Both the position numbers and the translations under genes were made by a program. Shown piece after piece: positions 10,132-20,559 of a stretch of DNA of 64,000 bases. The DNA lies in assembly GCA_965217865.1 (NCBI GenBank), contig CBDCJO010000002.1, positions 2,112,001 to 2,176,000 on the forward strand, read 5' to 3'. Each line of letters begins with the position of its first letter. Position 1 is the first letter of the stretch. The notes beneath the pieces are model-generated. The model saw only the letters and a program-made list of their open reading frames with translations. It searched no databases and had not been told where the DNA came from. This stretch comes from Candidatus Latescibacterota bacterium (GTDB taxonomy: Bacteria; Latescibacterota; UBA2968; SICM01).

Positions 10132-11521
10132 ACTGATTAACCTCTTCTACCTCGCGGCTGCGGTCTTCTTCGTCCTGGGCTTGAAGGGACTCTCCCATCC
10201 CGGCACCGCTGTAAGGGGAAACCTTTTAGGCGCAATCGGGATGCTCGTGGCTATCGTAGTCACCCTGCTGGACAGAAGGATCGTCAGCTTTGAGATCATC
10301 CTGGCCGGAATGGTGGTCGGCGCCCTGGTTGGCGCAGCAATGGCCTACAGAGCCCCCATGACCGCGATACCTCAGGTGGTCGCGGTCTTCAACGGTTTCG
10401 GAGGCGGTGCCTCGGCCCTTGCCGTGGGAGCCGCGCTGGAAGAGGCCTTAAAGGGAGGATTCGTCGAGGAGATTTCCGCCCAGTTCACTACCGCGGCGGC
10501 GGCATCAGGAATCATCGGCGGCGTCTCCTTGACGGGGAGTGCGATCGCTTTTGGCAAGCTTCAGGGAATCGTCAGGGGTCGACCGATTCTCATCCCGGGT
10601 AGGCACGCGTTGAACCTGGTCCTGGTGTCAGTCTGCCTGGTCCTGAGCGTCTGGCTTGTGGTGGATCCTGTTTCCTCGATCCCGTTCTGGACGTTGACCG
10701 TCCTCGCCGCTCTCCTCGGGATCTTTCTGGTAATCCCAATCGGCGGGGCAGACATGCCCGTCGTTATCGCTCTTCTCAACTCCTATTCTGGGATTGCCGC
10801 GGCGGGTCACGGATGGGTCCTTAACAACAGCGTCCTGATCATCGCCGGCTCTCTCGTGGGTTCCGCCGGGTTCATTCTCACCGCCCTGATGTGCCGGGCG
10901 ATGAACCGCTCCTTACCGAACGTCATGTTCGCCGGTGTTGGTGCGACCGTCGTCACCGATCAGGAGAGCGAAGATATCTATGCCGGGCGCGTGAAATCAG
11001 CCTCATCCGAAGAGGTGGCGATGTTGTTGGACGGCGCCCGGCGGGTGATCATCGTTCCGGGCTACGGAATGGCGGTTGCTCAGGCTCAGTACGCCATTCA
11101 GGATTTGACGATGTTGTTGGAGTCCCGGGAAGTCGAGGTGGACTTCGCGATACATCCCGTCGCCGGGCGGATGCCAGGTCATATGAACGTCCTCCTCGCG
11201 GAGGCGAACATCCCCTACGACAAGCTTAGGGACCTTGACGAGGCCAACCCCGCTTTTCGGGGTTCGGATGTCGTCCTGGTCATCGGGGCGAACGATGTCG
11301 TCAACCCCATGGCCCGGGATGCGGATCCTTCAATACCCATTTCGGGTATGCCCATCCTGAATGTCGACCAGGCCCGATCTGTGGTCGTCATTAAGCGCAC
11401 CCTCAGTCCGGGTTTCGCCGGAATCGCCAACCCGCTTTTTGCCGCGGAAAATTCCCTGATGCTCTTTGGGGATGCGAAGAAGACGATCTTGGACCTCACG
11501 GCCGCGCTCAAGGAAACCTAG
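10121..11521 (+). CDS. pntB: NAD(P) transhydrogenase beta subunit
   Basis: IGGADMPVVI, PGYGMAVAQAQ, HPVAGRMPGHMNVLL, GANDVVNP. Confidence 0.97.
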   Translation: MPDELINLFYLAAAVFFVLGLKGLSHPGTAVRGNLLGAIGMLVAIVVTLLDRRIVSFEIILAGMVVGALVGAAMAYRAPMTAIPQVVAVFNGFGGGASALAVGAALEEALKGGFVEEISAQFTTAAAASGIIGGVSLTGSAIAFGKLQGIVRGRPILIPGRHALNLVLVSVCLVLSVWLVVDPVSSIPFWTLTVLAALLGIFLVIPIGGADMPVVIALLNSYSGIAAAGHGWVLNNSVLIIAGSLVGSAGFILTALMCRAMNRSLPNVMFAGVGATVVTDQESEDIYAGRVKSASSEEVAMLLDGARRVIIVPGYGMAVAQAQYAIQDLTMLLESREVEVDFAIHPVAGRMPGHMNVLLAEANIPYDKLRDLDEANPAFRGSDVVLVIGANDVVNPMARDADPSIPISGMPILNVDQARSVVVIKRTLSPGFAGIANPLFAAENSLMLFGDAKKTILDLTAALKET

Positions 11522-11624
11522 TTTGGGAGGCTAAGAAAGAATGGAGGGTTGGGGGGTGGAATCAGGAAGAGAGTTGCCTTTACCCTTTACGCTTCATCCC
11601 GCCAAGGGGAATCAATTTATCTCC

Positions 11625-12431
11625 ATGAATGAGGCCCCACCGATATCCCGCATTCTGACGATCGCTGGCTCAGATTCCGGGGGGGGAGCCGGGATCCAGG
11701 CCGACCTGAAAGCGATCACCGTCCTGGGTGGGTTCGGAATGAGCGTCATCACGGCGCTTACCGCTCAAAACACCGTCGGAGTCACCTCCACATTCGAAGT
11801 GCCTTTGGACTTCATTGGCGAGCAATTCGACACGGTGGTATCCGACATCGGGGTGGATGCAGCCAAGACCGGCATGTTGGTCAACCCTGAGATCGTCCGG
11901 CTGGTCGCCCGGAAGGTGGCTGAACACGGGATTCAAAATCTGGTCGTAGATCCTGTGATGGTCGCTAAAAGCGGCGATGCCCTTCTATCGAAAGAGGCTG
12001 AGACCACCATCCTCGACACCTTGATTCCCCTGGCGGATGTGGTAACCCCAAACCTTCCTGAGGCCGCAGCCCTCTCCGGTATATCCGTCAAGTCCTTGGA
12101 CGACATGAGGCGTGCAGCCCGGAAGATATCTGAATTCGGGGTCAAGAACGTCCTGATCAAGGGAGGACACCTGATGGGCAAGTCGGTTGACCTGCTCTTC
12201 GACGGGGTCGAGTTCTTCGAATTCTCCTCCGACCGAATCGAAACGAACAATACGCACGGCACCGGCTGCACATACGCCGCAGCCATCGCTGTCCGCCTCG
12301 GACAGGGTTACCCCCTGCGGGAGGCCGTCGGGAACGCAAAGTCGTTCATCACCACGGCTATCCGACACGGTCTTTCCATAGGCAAGGGCCACGGACCCAC
12401 AAATCCGTTTGCGTGGATCCAACATAAATAA
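11625..12431 (+). CDS. thiD: Hydroxymethylpyrimidine/phosphomethylpyrimidine kinase
   Basis: [37 protein letters not shown]. Confidence 0.95.
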   Translation: MNEAPPISRILTIAGSDSGGGAGIQADLKAITVLGGFGMSVITALTAQNTVGVTSTFEVPLDFIGEQFDTVVSDIGVDAAKTGMLVNPEIVRLVARKVAEHGIQNLVVDPVMVAKSGDALLSKEAETTILDTLIPLADVVTPNLPEAAALSGISVKSLDDMRRAARKISEFGVKNVLIKGGHLMGKSVDLLFDGVEFFEFSSDRIETNNTHGTGCTYAAAIAVRLGQGYPLREAVGNAKSFITTAIRHGLSIGKGHGPTNPFAWIQHK

Positions 12432-12435
12432 AGTT

Positions 12436-13077
12436 TCAAGCTTTCCCTGAGTTGCTCCGTTCTATCCTTTTCTTTATCCCCCGCGCCGCCCCCTCCACGT
12501 CCTCGGCTCCGACAACAGCCGAGATAACAGCGACACCGGCCGCTCCCGCGTCGATCACTTTTCGTGCATTGCACAAATTCACCCCGCCGATCCCGACGAT
12601 CGGAATATCGATCGCGTCCATGATCTCCCGCAACCTTTCGGTCCCTACGACCGACGAAAGGGGCTTTGTGGGTGACCCGAACATTGCCCCCACCCCGAGA
12701 TAATCCGCCCCTTCGGCGATCGCTTCGTGGGCCATATCAACCGTTTTCACCGAGGCCCCGACGATCTTTTCGGGTCCCACGACCTGCCTCGCAATCCGAA
12801 TAGGCAGGTCCTCCTGCCCAACGTGTACTCCGTCGGCATCCGCAGATACCGCCACATCGGCTCTGTCGTTCACGATGAATATCACCCCTTCAGACCGGCA
12901 GATGTCGCGAATGGCACACGCGGTCCGGAACAATTCAAGCCCACCCATCCGCTTCCCGCGAAGCTGAACCACATCTGCTCCCCCCTTCACCGCAGACTTC
13001 GTAATATTCACGGGATCCCGATCCCGGGTGGCTTCCGGGTCCACGATCACATAAAGACCCCCAAGTGGCCGATCCAT
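12436..13077 (-). CDS. thiE: Thiamine-phosphate synthase
   Basis: VQLRxK, VNDRADVA, GVHVGQED, SPTK, IGG; AGGAGG RBS before the ATG at 13077. Confidence 0.92.
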   Translation of the reverse strand: MDRPLGGLYVIVDPEATRDRDPVNITKSAVKGGADVVQLRGKRMGGLELFRTACAIRDICRSEGVIFIVNDRADVAVSADADGVHVGQEDLPIRIARQVVGPEKIVGASVKTVDMAHEAIAEGADYLGVGAMFGSPTKPLSSVVGTERLREIMDAIDIPIVGIGGVNLCNARKVIDAGAAGVAVISAVVGAEDVEGAARGIKKRIERSNSGKA

Positions 13078-13268
13078 AAGCCTCCTTGCGAAGAACTGTT
13101 GACAGCCTGAACCACTTGCTGTAAATTTCCGCACCAAAAACAGGCGATCCGCTGCTGACGACCGGCTTTTTCATCTGGTCGGGAATGGAACCGTCATAGC
13201 TTACGATTCTCACCCTCGGCTTGTTCATCAAGATCAGGGTTAAAAAGCCACAATCGGAGATAAAAACG

Positions 13269-14243
13269 ATGGGCGAGAAGGTATTGCGTCTTGAACACCT
13301 GGCCGCTGAACCCGGTTCGATGGTTCAGGGTTATTGGGAGGTCTCGGAGATGAGTGATGGGACCCCGGCCAGATTGCCGGTCGCAATCCTTAACGGAGTG
13401 GGGGGCGGGCCGATCCTTTACCTCCAGTCAGCCAGTGATGGCGACGAGCTGAACGGGATCGCCGTGATCCAAAAGGTCATTCACCGGATCGAACCCGAAC
13501 GCTTTCGTGGCGGGATCATCGCCATCCTCATCGCCAACCTCCACGCCTTTCACCAAAGGCAGGCCGAAAGCCCCATCGATGGGAAAAAGATGAATCGCTG
13601 CTTCCCCGGCCGAGCGGATGGAACTTCAACAGAACGGATCGCCCATCAGATATTCCACAAAGCCGTCCTCCAGGCCAACCTCTGTATCGACTTGCACCAG
13701 GGAGGGATTCGACCGATGATCGACGAGGTCAGGGTCCGGGTGGATGGCCGGAAGCGCTGCCACCGTGATTGCCTGGACCTGGCGCGGGTCTTTGGCATCG
13801 GCTACATCCTGGACAGGGTGGGGCCCGAAGGCCAGCTCGCATTGGCCGCTCCGGAACGCGGCATCCCAACCATCGACCCGGAGCTGGGAGGTTGCCACGG
13901 ATGGGACCCGAACAGCATTCGGAAAGGGGTCGCCGGAGTTGAGAACGTATTAAGGCATCATGAAATGCTCCCCGGTCGCCCCCGGATACCGGAGAGACAG
14001 ATCGTGGTCGATAGCTTCACACCCATCCTCTCAAACAGGGGTGGCTTCATCAAATTTAAAGCCGACCTGTATGCCCATCTTGAGGCAGGCGACCCCGTTG
14101 CTCAAATTACCGACCCGTTCGGAAATGTCCTCGAGACCCTCCACACCCTCCACGAAGCCATCTTCTGGTCGAAGTCGCTATACCCCATGGTCGCACCTGG
14201 GGAGATCGTGGCCACCCTGGGAAAAAATATTCGTTACATCTGA
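13269..14243 (+). CDS. Succinylglutamate desuccinylase/aspartoacylase family (M14-like) protein
   Basis: SDGDELNG (His of the usual HGDE replaced by Asp), MNRCFPG, IDLH, ELG, and a C-terminal hairpin domain. Confidence 0.82.
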   Translation: MGEKVLRLEHLAAEPGSMVQGYWEVSEMSDGTPARLPVAILNGVGGGPILYLQSASDGDELNGIAVIQKVIHRIEPERFRGGIIAILIANLHAFHQRQAESPIDGKKMNRCFPGRADGTSTERIAHQIFHKAVLQANLCIDLHQGGIRPMIDEVRVRVDGRKRCHRDCLDLARVFGIGYILDRVGPEGQLALAAPERGIPTIDPELGGCHGWDPNSIRKGVAGVENVLRHHEMLPGRPRIPERQIVVDSFTPILSNRGGFIKFKADLYAHLEAGDPVAQITDPFGNVLETLHTLHEAIFWSKSLYPMVAPGEIVATLGKNIRYI

Positions 14244-14253
14244 ACCCCTCGGT

Positions 14254-14520
14254 TCACCTTCCCCTCTCCACCCCCCTTTTTTCAATCATCTCCCGCACCT
14301 CGGGCACAACGAATACGTCATCTAGAGACAATTGGGAAAATGCCTTCAGGAACACCTCAATGTGATCCAGAACATCCATGTTGCGGTCCATAATCAACCG
14401 CAACTTTCCCCCGTATCGACACAATCCCCCCGTTAAACCGTCCAACTCCACCTGGGAGACATCGATGGACAACCGGTCGGCGAGGCTTTCCAATTCCTGT
14501 AAAAGTTGCGTGTCCGTCAT
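14254..14520 (-). CDS. Conserved hypothetical protein
   Basis: Protein-like ORF (LxELExLAxxL...GGLC...FVVPEVRE) with a GGAG RBS, downstream of glyQS. Confidence 0.65.
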   Translation of the reverse strand: MTDTQLLQELESLADRLSIDVSQVELDGLTGGLCRYGGKLRLIMDRNMDVLDHIEVFLKAFSQLSLDDVFVVPEVREMIEKRGVERGR

Positions 14521-14584
14521 CCACACTCCCGACTGCCCTGCAACTCGTTTCGCTTTTGACGCTCCGCCCAACTCACCTTCCTGT

Positions 14585-15928
14585 TCAGGCGGGTCTCTTC
14601 CAACTCTCGATACGTTCCAGGATATGCGTCATCAAACCGGAGATCGGAACGCGGACCTGCTCCATGGTGTCCCGATCGCGTACAGTGACAGAATTGTCTT
14701 GAAGGGTCTGTGAGTCGACGGTGGCGCAATAGGGGGTCCCTGCCTCGTCCATTCGACGATAGCGCCTCCCCACTGCCCCGCTGGCATCAAAAAATACTCT
14801 GAGATGGGGACGCAATTCGGCCTCGATTTTTCGGGCGATCTCCGGCATGTTATCGCGTTTTACGAGGGGAAAAATGGCCAATTTGATCGGGGCCAACTTC
14901 GGATGGAACCGGAGGACCACCCGCTTTTCCCCTTTCACCTCCTCCTCCCCGTAGGCATCGATCAGGAAGGCCATCAGGGGGCGTCCCACACCCACAGAAG
15001 TCTCGATAATATAGGGTGTGAATCTTTCCTTGGTCTGATCGTCAAAGTAATTTAGGCTTTTCCCCGAATACTGTTCATGCCGAGAGAGATCGTAGTCAGT
15101 CCGGTTGTGGATTCCTTCAATCTCTCCCCACCCGAATGGAAATTCGTAATAGATGTCATAGGCCTCCTTAGCATAGTGCGCGCGCTCGTCCTCCTCCTGG
15201 TGATGGAATCGGATTTTATCGGGGGTCATACCGAGGTCTATGTACCATTTAAACCGTTCCTGACGCCAGTAGTCGAAAAACTGCTCATCCGTCCCCGGCT
15301 TCACAAAATATTGCATCTCCATCTGCTCGAATTCCCGGACCCGAAAGAGGAAATTCTTGGTGTTGATCTCGTTTCTAAACGCCTTACCGATCTGTGCGAT
15401 CCCGAATGGGATCTTCTGCCTGGCCGAAGCTTGCACATTCAGGAAATTGACATAGATGCCCTGGCAGGTCTCGGGCCTCATGTAGACGACCGCTCCCTCG
15501 TCCTCGACAGGACCGACGAAAGTCTTAAACATCAGGTTGAACTGCCGGGCTTCCGTGAAGTTGGACTGGCAGCGAACGGCAGGCCGATTGGTATACTTGG
15601 GGCAGACCATGTCCTCGACTTGATCAGCCCGGAACCGCGCATTGCACTCTTTGCAGTCGACCATAGGATCGGTAAAGTGCTCCACGTGGCCGGACGCCTC
15701 CCATGTTCGGGGATGCATCAGGATGCTGGCGTCAATCCCTTCTATGTCCTCCCGGTAGGTCATCTCCTGCCACCAAGCTTCCTTCAGGTTCCGGAGCAGT
15801 TCTACACCGAGAGGTCCGAAATCCCAGCATCCGTTCAAACCGCCGTATATCTCGCTGCCTTGGAAGACAAATCCTCTCCGTTTACACAAGGAGATCAACT
15901 TCTCCAAGACATCCGTCTGTTTCCCCAT
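14585..15928 (-). CDS. glyQS: Glycine--tRNA ligase, homodimeric type
   Basis: KRRGF, EIYGG, RPETCQG, GKAFRNEI, REFEQMEMQ, GRRYRRMDE; GGAGG RBS. Confidence 0.96.
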   Translation of the reverse strand: MGKQTDVLEKLISLCKRRGFVFQGSEIYGGLNGCWDFGPLGVELLRNLKEAWWQEMTYREDIEGIDASILMHPRTWEASGHVEHFTDPMVDCKECNARFRADQVEDMVCPKYTNRPAVRCQSNFTEARQFNLMFKTFVGPVEDEGAVVYMRPETCQGIYVNFLNVQASARQKIPFGIAQIGKAFRNEINTKNFLFRVREFEQMEMQYFVKPGTDEQFFDYWRQERFKWYIDLGMTPDKIRFHHQEEDERAHYAKEAYDIYYEFPFGWGEIEGIHNRTDYDLSRHEQYSGKSLNYFDDQTKERFTPYIIETSVGVGRPLMAFLIDAYGEEEVKGEKRVVLRFHPKLAPIKLAIFPLVKRDNMPEIARKIEAELRPHLRVFFDASGAVGRRYRRMDEAGTPYCATVDSQTLQDNSVTVRDRDTMEQVRVPISGLMTHILERIESWKRPA

Positions 15929-16017
15929 TTGACCTCCTTCGATGATAAAAAAGCAGCAAGGGGAACGCCGTTGAACGGTCTGTTCCCCTTGATCCATTTT
16001 ACGATCGAATGGTAAAA

Positions 16018-16350
16018 TCACAAAACAGATTCGATCTTCTCTACAAAGTGAGGTTTGGGCACAGCCCCAACAATCTGCGTGGCGACCTTTCCGTCCTTGA
16101 AGATCAGAAGGGTGGGAATACTTCGGATTCCGAACTCTTCAGCGGTCTTCTGTTCGGAGTCCACGTCAAGCTTGCAAACCTTCACACGTCCCTCATATTC
16201 TTCGGCAAGTTCCTCCACAACCGGCGCAATCGCCCTGCAAGGACCGCACCACGTCGCCCAGAAATCGACGAGCACCGGATGAGGCGATTTTAACACCTCT
16301 TCCGAGAATGTCGTGTCGGTCACCACCAAGGGTTTTCCCAATGGATTCAC
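16018..16350 (-). CDS. trxA: Thioredoxin
   Basis: WCGPC active site and SIPT cis-Pro loop. Confidence 0.97.
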   Translation of the reverse strand: MNPLGKPLVVTDTTFSEEVLKSPHPVLVDFWATWCGPCRAIAPVVEELAEEYEGRVKVCKLDVDSEQKTAEEFGIRSIPTLLIFKDGKVATQIVGAVPKPHFVEKIESVL

Positions 16351-16396
16351 CGCCTTTCATAAAATGTGGTCCGTCACTTCGGGCCAGTTGAAAATG

Positions 16397-16425
16397 AATC
16401 TAAATAATTTGGATTCCCCTGTCAA
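16397..16425 (-). promoter_or_regulatory. Sigma70-type promoter for trxA
   Basis: TTGACA-17 bp-TAGATT on the minus strand, ~45 bp upstream of trxA. Confidence 0.65.
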
Positions 16426-16609
16426 GGAACCAAAAGGCACATGAGACATAACTTGTTTATAATATGGATGTTGGTGGGCATCATGGGAAATTTACAGGCC
16501 CTTGGTGCAGCCCGTTTCCCCCCAGGGACCTTATTCACGACGACGCATCGTTTACCGCTTTGCTCTCTGGATTTAACTTGGGTCGTGGAACTCGAAACAC
16601 GGTACGTTT

Positions 16610-17608
16610 CTAGCGGCATAGGGCGACGACGAGCAACTGAAGAACGATCTCCTCTGTCTGGTATCCGGATTTGAGGCGATCCTCAGCCGTCACAAGGGCC
16701 TCACAGGCATTCCCAAAGTCCGAATTAGAGAATTTTTGACTCTGCCTCACCAATTTGGATGTGACATACGGGGGAAGGCCGAGGCGATTGGGAAACTCCT
16801 TTCCCATTACCCTGGACTCCTGGAGCATCCTGATCTTCATCATGGTGTGAACGTGTTTGGTCAGACGCCACACGATGCCCCCCCCACGCTCTCCGGCCTC
16901 TCGGATCTTGCTAAGAATCCACAGGGCCCGCCCGGAATCCTTGGCCCCGACTGCGTCGGTAAAATCGAAGATGCTGCTCTCCCCTGAAAGGCCGGTCGCC
17001 CCCGCCACGTCCTCTCTCTGGATGACCAGCCGATCTCCGATAAACAGGACCAGCTTTTCGATCTCTCCTGCAACAACACCGATATCTTTGGTTGTCCGTT
17101 CGCAGAAAAGGTGAAGGCCGTCCTTCGAGATCCCCTTTCCGAGGGCCTTGATGTGCCCCGCGATCCAGCTTATGCGGTCCTTTTCCTTTAGTGCCTTGAA
17201 CTCTATGACCCACGCATTTTTCCGAAGCAACCCGAATAGCTTCTTCCGCCCGTCCACCCGGTCCCCCACGAAGATAAGGGTTGTCGACTCCGGAGGTGAT
17301 TCCAATACAGGGATTAAAAGCCGCGATGCATCCTCCGTCAATTCCCCGCAACCGTTTACGACAACGACACGTCGAGGAGCCATCATGGGGAACGAGAGGA
17401 TCCGGTCAACAATCTCCCCGGGAACCGCCTGGCTCGCCGTGAAAACATCCAGATTAAACGTCCGGGACCCTGGATCGAGAGCAGCATCCAAGAGGGTGTT
17501 GAAGGCCATATCCCTCAGATAGGTTTCCTCTCCCACCAGAAGGTAGAGAGAACCGATCTTCCCGGATCGAACTTCAGACCGGAAATTTTCAGAAGTTAAA
17601 ACCGGCAT
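16610..17608 (-). CDS. holA: DNA polymerase III subunit delta
   Basis: YLLVGEETYL, PMMxxRRVVVV, EIEKL, SIFDFTDA, EDRLKSG. Confidence 0.9.
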   Translation of the reverse strand: MPVLTSENFRSEVRSGKIGSLYLLVGEETYLRDMAFNTLLDAALDPGSRTFNLDVFTASQAVPGEIVDRILSFPMMAPRRVVVVNGCGELTEDASRLLIPVLESPPESTTLIFVGDRVDGRKKLFGLLRKNAWVIEFKALKEKDRISWIAGHIKALGKGISKDGLHLFCERTTKDIGVVAGEIEKLVLFIGDRLVIQREDVAGATGLSGESSIFDFTDAVGAKDSGRALWILSKIREAGERGGGIVWRLTKHVHTMMKIRMLQESRVMGKEFPNRLGLPPYVTSKLVRQSQKFSNSDFGNACEALVTAEDRLKSGYQTEEIVLQLLVVALCR

Positions 17609-18195
17609 CAGGTTACAGCTCGCACGTAAGAATACTCCAACAACAATTGAATCTCTTCAAGCTGGACGGCCTCGAGGATCTCCCGTCCTTCTCCACCTTT
17701 TGAACAAGCCTCACACCAATCCACGAATTCAAGCGGGAGCCAACGACCCTTCTCTTTCAAACGTCCTCTTGTCCCTGCGCTCCAGTGGCCCTCCGCACCC
17801 GCCAGGATCTGAAGAGCGGACCCGTGTAGATCTGCGAAAAGAGGGTGCTGGCCAACCTTTCCCCACCAGTATTTGCTGTTCGAAAAATCCGGCTCCCTGC
17901 GGTGCATGATCGCGTGCCAGAAGCTCCCCGTTTCGGATTCGATCTTTTGAGATATTCGGTGTGATTCCTTTAGACAATCGTTCCAGAGATAAAGGCCGGA
18001 CTTCACCGCATGTGCGAAATCGTTGGAACCGACCCGCACCCCCTCGAAGAGCGATTCGACGGTGGTGTTGTCCAACCAATCCTTAATCCCGGAATCCGCA
18101 GCCCCTTTCGGTTCTAAAGGGGGAGGCTCCGACCTTTCTCTCAGGCTGTCGATGATCTCGATGATCGGTCTGACTTTGATCGCATCACACGGCAT
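17608..18195 (-). CDS. Conserved hypothetical protein
   Basis: SHxISQ...FWHAIMHRREPDFSNSKYWW block; GGAGG RBS; stop overlaps the holA ATG. Confidence 0.75.
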   Translation of the reverse strand: MPCDAIKVRPIIEIIDSLRERSEPPPLEPKGAADSGIKDWLDNTTVESLFEGVRVGSNDFAHAVKSGLYLWNDCLKESHRISQKIESETGSFWHAIMHRREPDFSNSKYWWGKVGQHPLFADLHGSALQILAGAEGHWSAGTRGRLKEKGRWLPLEFVDWCEACSKGGEGREILEAVQLEEIQLLLEYSYVRAVT

Positions 18196-18365
18196 GGATC
18201 CCTCCAGGGTTCGATATAACATCCTCATCCATAAAATAAATCATGTCAGGAGACTTGGCAACCCAGAAGAATTTTCCCTTCCAGGACAACTTTCTGCCGA
18301 TCCGGAGCCGATGTTGTGTCAAAGTATCTATTTGTTTTTCATAATATTATATACATTGAGCAAGG

Positions 18366-18382
18366 TTGGCACGAAGCTTGCG
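18366..18382 (+). promoter_or_regulatory. Sigma54 (-24/-12) promoter
   Basis: TTGGCACGAAGCTTGCG is TGGCAC-N5-TTGC with exact GG-N10-GC spacing, preceded by an AT-rich tract. Confidence 0.8.
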
Positions 18383-18530
18383 TTTAGAACCTCTGACCTA
18401 CATTTGACAAAGGGGTCGTCGAAGCTCTCTTCCCCGTTCACGGTTTCGCCGCGTGAGGACAAAATCCCCTCCTTCCCCAAGGGATTGCGTGGCGGCCGTG
18501 AACCGTCTTTCCCAACGCGAACCGTTCCAT

Positions 18531-18698
18531 ATGGATCAAATCACCGTGTACCTCTTCATTGCAATCGCCTTCGGTCTCGGATCTCTCGTCAGGATCTCGC
18601 GGGAGATCTCGAATCAACTCAAAGAACTCTTCGAGGTCGGACGGTCCTTTCATCAAACAGCTAAAGGAACCACCCAGGCTGCCGATATTAGGAGATAG
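18531..18698 (+). CDS. Small putative membrane-anchored protein (55 aa)
   Basis: N-terminal hydrophobic helix then an amphipathic segment; downstream of the sigma54 site; weak RBS. Confidence 0.45.
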   Translation: MDQITVYLFIAIAFGLGSLVRISREISNQLKELFEVGRSFHQTAKGTTQAADIRR

Positions 18699-18742
18699 AA
18701 GAATCCATCGCCTGATTATTGTTCATCGCAAAGGGCTTCACC

Positions 18743-18928
18743 GTGAGTGACACGACAACAGACCGAGACCTCGCAATCCTCTACTGGAACCTTCAGCGTA
18801 AGGTCCACACAAATCCCGGCATCCGGGGATATCTCTACGCGCTCACAAAGATCATCCGCAAGCGGCAGATCAAACCCGCGACTTTGAACGCCATCGGCTT
18901 GGATATGGCGGCGGACCTCCATTGGTAG
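18743..18928 (+). CDS. Small basic hypothetical protein (61 aa)
   Basis: GTG start with an AAAGGG RBS, host-like codon usage, helical pattern DRDLAILYWNLQRKVHT...GYLY. Confidence 0.6.
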   Translation: MSDTTTDRDLAILYWNLQRKVHTNPGIRGYLYALTKIIRKRQIKPATLNAIGLDMAADLHW

Positions 18929-19087
18929 GTCCCACATTCCCTCCCCTTGTTTGTCCTACCTGACCTGATTAGGCCGGTTTTTTCCCTTGCATCATGTATT
19001 TTTAATCTTTATTTTTAAATTTTCTGGGACAAAACTCCTCTTCCCTCCGAAGGGCGACACGTTCCAGTCGTCGAGGCTTCCGATCAT

Positions 19088-19171
19088 GGCTGCCTGGTGA
19101 AACTGGTAGACACGTTGGCTTTAGGAGCCAATGCCTGAAAAGGTGTCCGAGTTCGAGTCTCGGGGCAGCCA
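19088..19171 (+). tRNA. tRNA-Leu(UAG)
   Basis: GGCTGCC/GGCAGCC acceptor stem, TTGGC-TT-TAG-GA-GCCAA anticodon arm, long variable arm, GTTCGAG T-loop; CCA not encoded; usual position upstream of tig. Confidence 0.93.
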
Positions 19172-19234
19172 AATCGCGATATTCGCGGGGGAGTAGACGA
19201 TCGCTCAAAGATCCGTTCGAGAAGAGGGATCTGT

Positions 19235-20545
19235 TTGGATATCAAATTTAACCTCACTCAGGGAGAAGGCGTAAAACGAACCCTGGAGGTGGAGGTACCC
19301 GCAGAGACGATCGAAGCACGATTGCAGGCCGCGTACTTAAATTATAGCAAAACCCTCAAGCTCTCTGGTTTCCGACAGGGAAAGATACCGATCAGCATCG
19401 TAAAATCCCGCTTCGGAAAGGCCATCGAGGGTGAAGTCCTGAACGACCTGGTCCCGGAGTCCTATAAAAAAGCCTGGAAGCGTTCTGGAATCGAGCCGAT
19501 CTCCCAGCCTGTGATCGACGACGTCAGCTATTCATCGGGAGAAAAACTGAGTTTCAAAGCATCGCTGGAGGTCAAACCGGAGGTCGAGCTCAAGAAACAC
19601 ACGGGCTTGCGGGCGACACGGACCCAGTTCCGGATAAGCGATGCCGATGTTGAACGCCAGATCAACCACCTCCGCGAAAAAAGCGCAGAGGACCAGAGCG
19701 TGAACCGGCCTGCACAGCTTGGGGACATGCTGGTCGGCGATTTTCAGGAGATCGATTCATCCGGAGTGCATATCCTGGGTCGGAAGTATGAAGACCGGAC
19801 ATTCCTGATTGGTGGCGAACGGTCCTTTAGCCACGACTTCGACAACCAGATGGTCGGGGCGACCCAAGGCGACAACCGCCGCGTGCGTTTCACGTATAAC
19901 CGAGACCTCGCTGATTCCGACCTCGCGGGAAAAGAGGCCGCGTTCGAAGTATCCGTCAAAGATGTCCGGGAGCGGAAGCTCCCCGCAATCGATGTCGAAT
20001 TTGCCAAAGATCACGGTGCGAAGGACCTGGATGACTTCCACGGACAAACCCGGGAACAATTGAAAACTCAGGCCGATTACGCTTCCCAGAAACGGCTCGA
20101 ATCCAACATCCTTTCCGAGCTTGTGCGGGAGAACCTCTTCGACCCCCCGGAAACGATGGTGACCAATGCCCTGGACGCCATCGTCGAAGAATACACCAAA
20201 GAACACGAAGGACACGATCATCCGGTCGATGAAGCCCAAATCCGTGATCAGAATCGCGACATGGTGATATATCAGATCAGAACGCACCTTCTCTTGGAAG
20301 CCGTGTCGAAACGAGAGGGGTTGGTCGTAACGGATGAGGATGTAGACGAACGAATCAAAAAGATGGCAGAGGTCAACCGACAGAACTTCAAATCTTTAAA
20401 ACGAAATCTGGAGCGCAACAACCAGATCGACCGAATTCAGCGGGATATCGCCGCTGAAATACCCCTCCAATTCCTGATCGATCGAGCGCAAATCGAAGAG
20501 GTTGAGGAAAATCTGACTGAAGGGGGACGGATCATCACCCCCTGA
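19235..20545 (+). CDS. tig: Trigger factor
   Basis: GFRQGKIP ribosome-binding motif, FKBP-like middle domain, LAGKEAAF; tig-clpP-clpX synteny. Confidence 0.95.
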   Translation: MDIKFNLTQGEGVKRTLEVEVPAETIEARLQAAYLNYSKTLKLSGFRQGKIPISIVKSRFGKAIEGEVLNDLVPESYKKAWKRSGIEPISQPVIDDVSYSSGEKLSFKASLEVKPEVELKKHTGLRATRTQFRISDADVERQINHLREKSAEDQSVNRPAQLGDMLVGDFQEIDSSGVHILGRKYEDRTFLIGGERSFSHDFDNQMVGATQGDNRRVRFTYNRDLADSDLAGKEAAFEVSVKDVRERKLPAIDVEFAKDHGAKDLDDFHGQTREQLKTQADYASQKRLESNILSELVRENLFDPPETMVTNALDAIVEEYTKEHEGHDHPVDEAQIRDQNRDMVIYQIRTHLLLEAVSKREGLVVTDEDVDERIKKMAEVNRQNFKSLKRNLERNNQIDRIQRDIAAEIPLQFLIDRAQIEEVEENLTEGGRIITP

Positions 20546-20559
20546 AGGAGTTTAAACTA

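Noticed and set aside
11522-13220. TPP riboswitch upstream of thiD or thiE
   Set aside because: No CTGAGA / CCTGA...ATxCxxGCGxAGG core seen in either upstream region.
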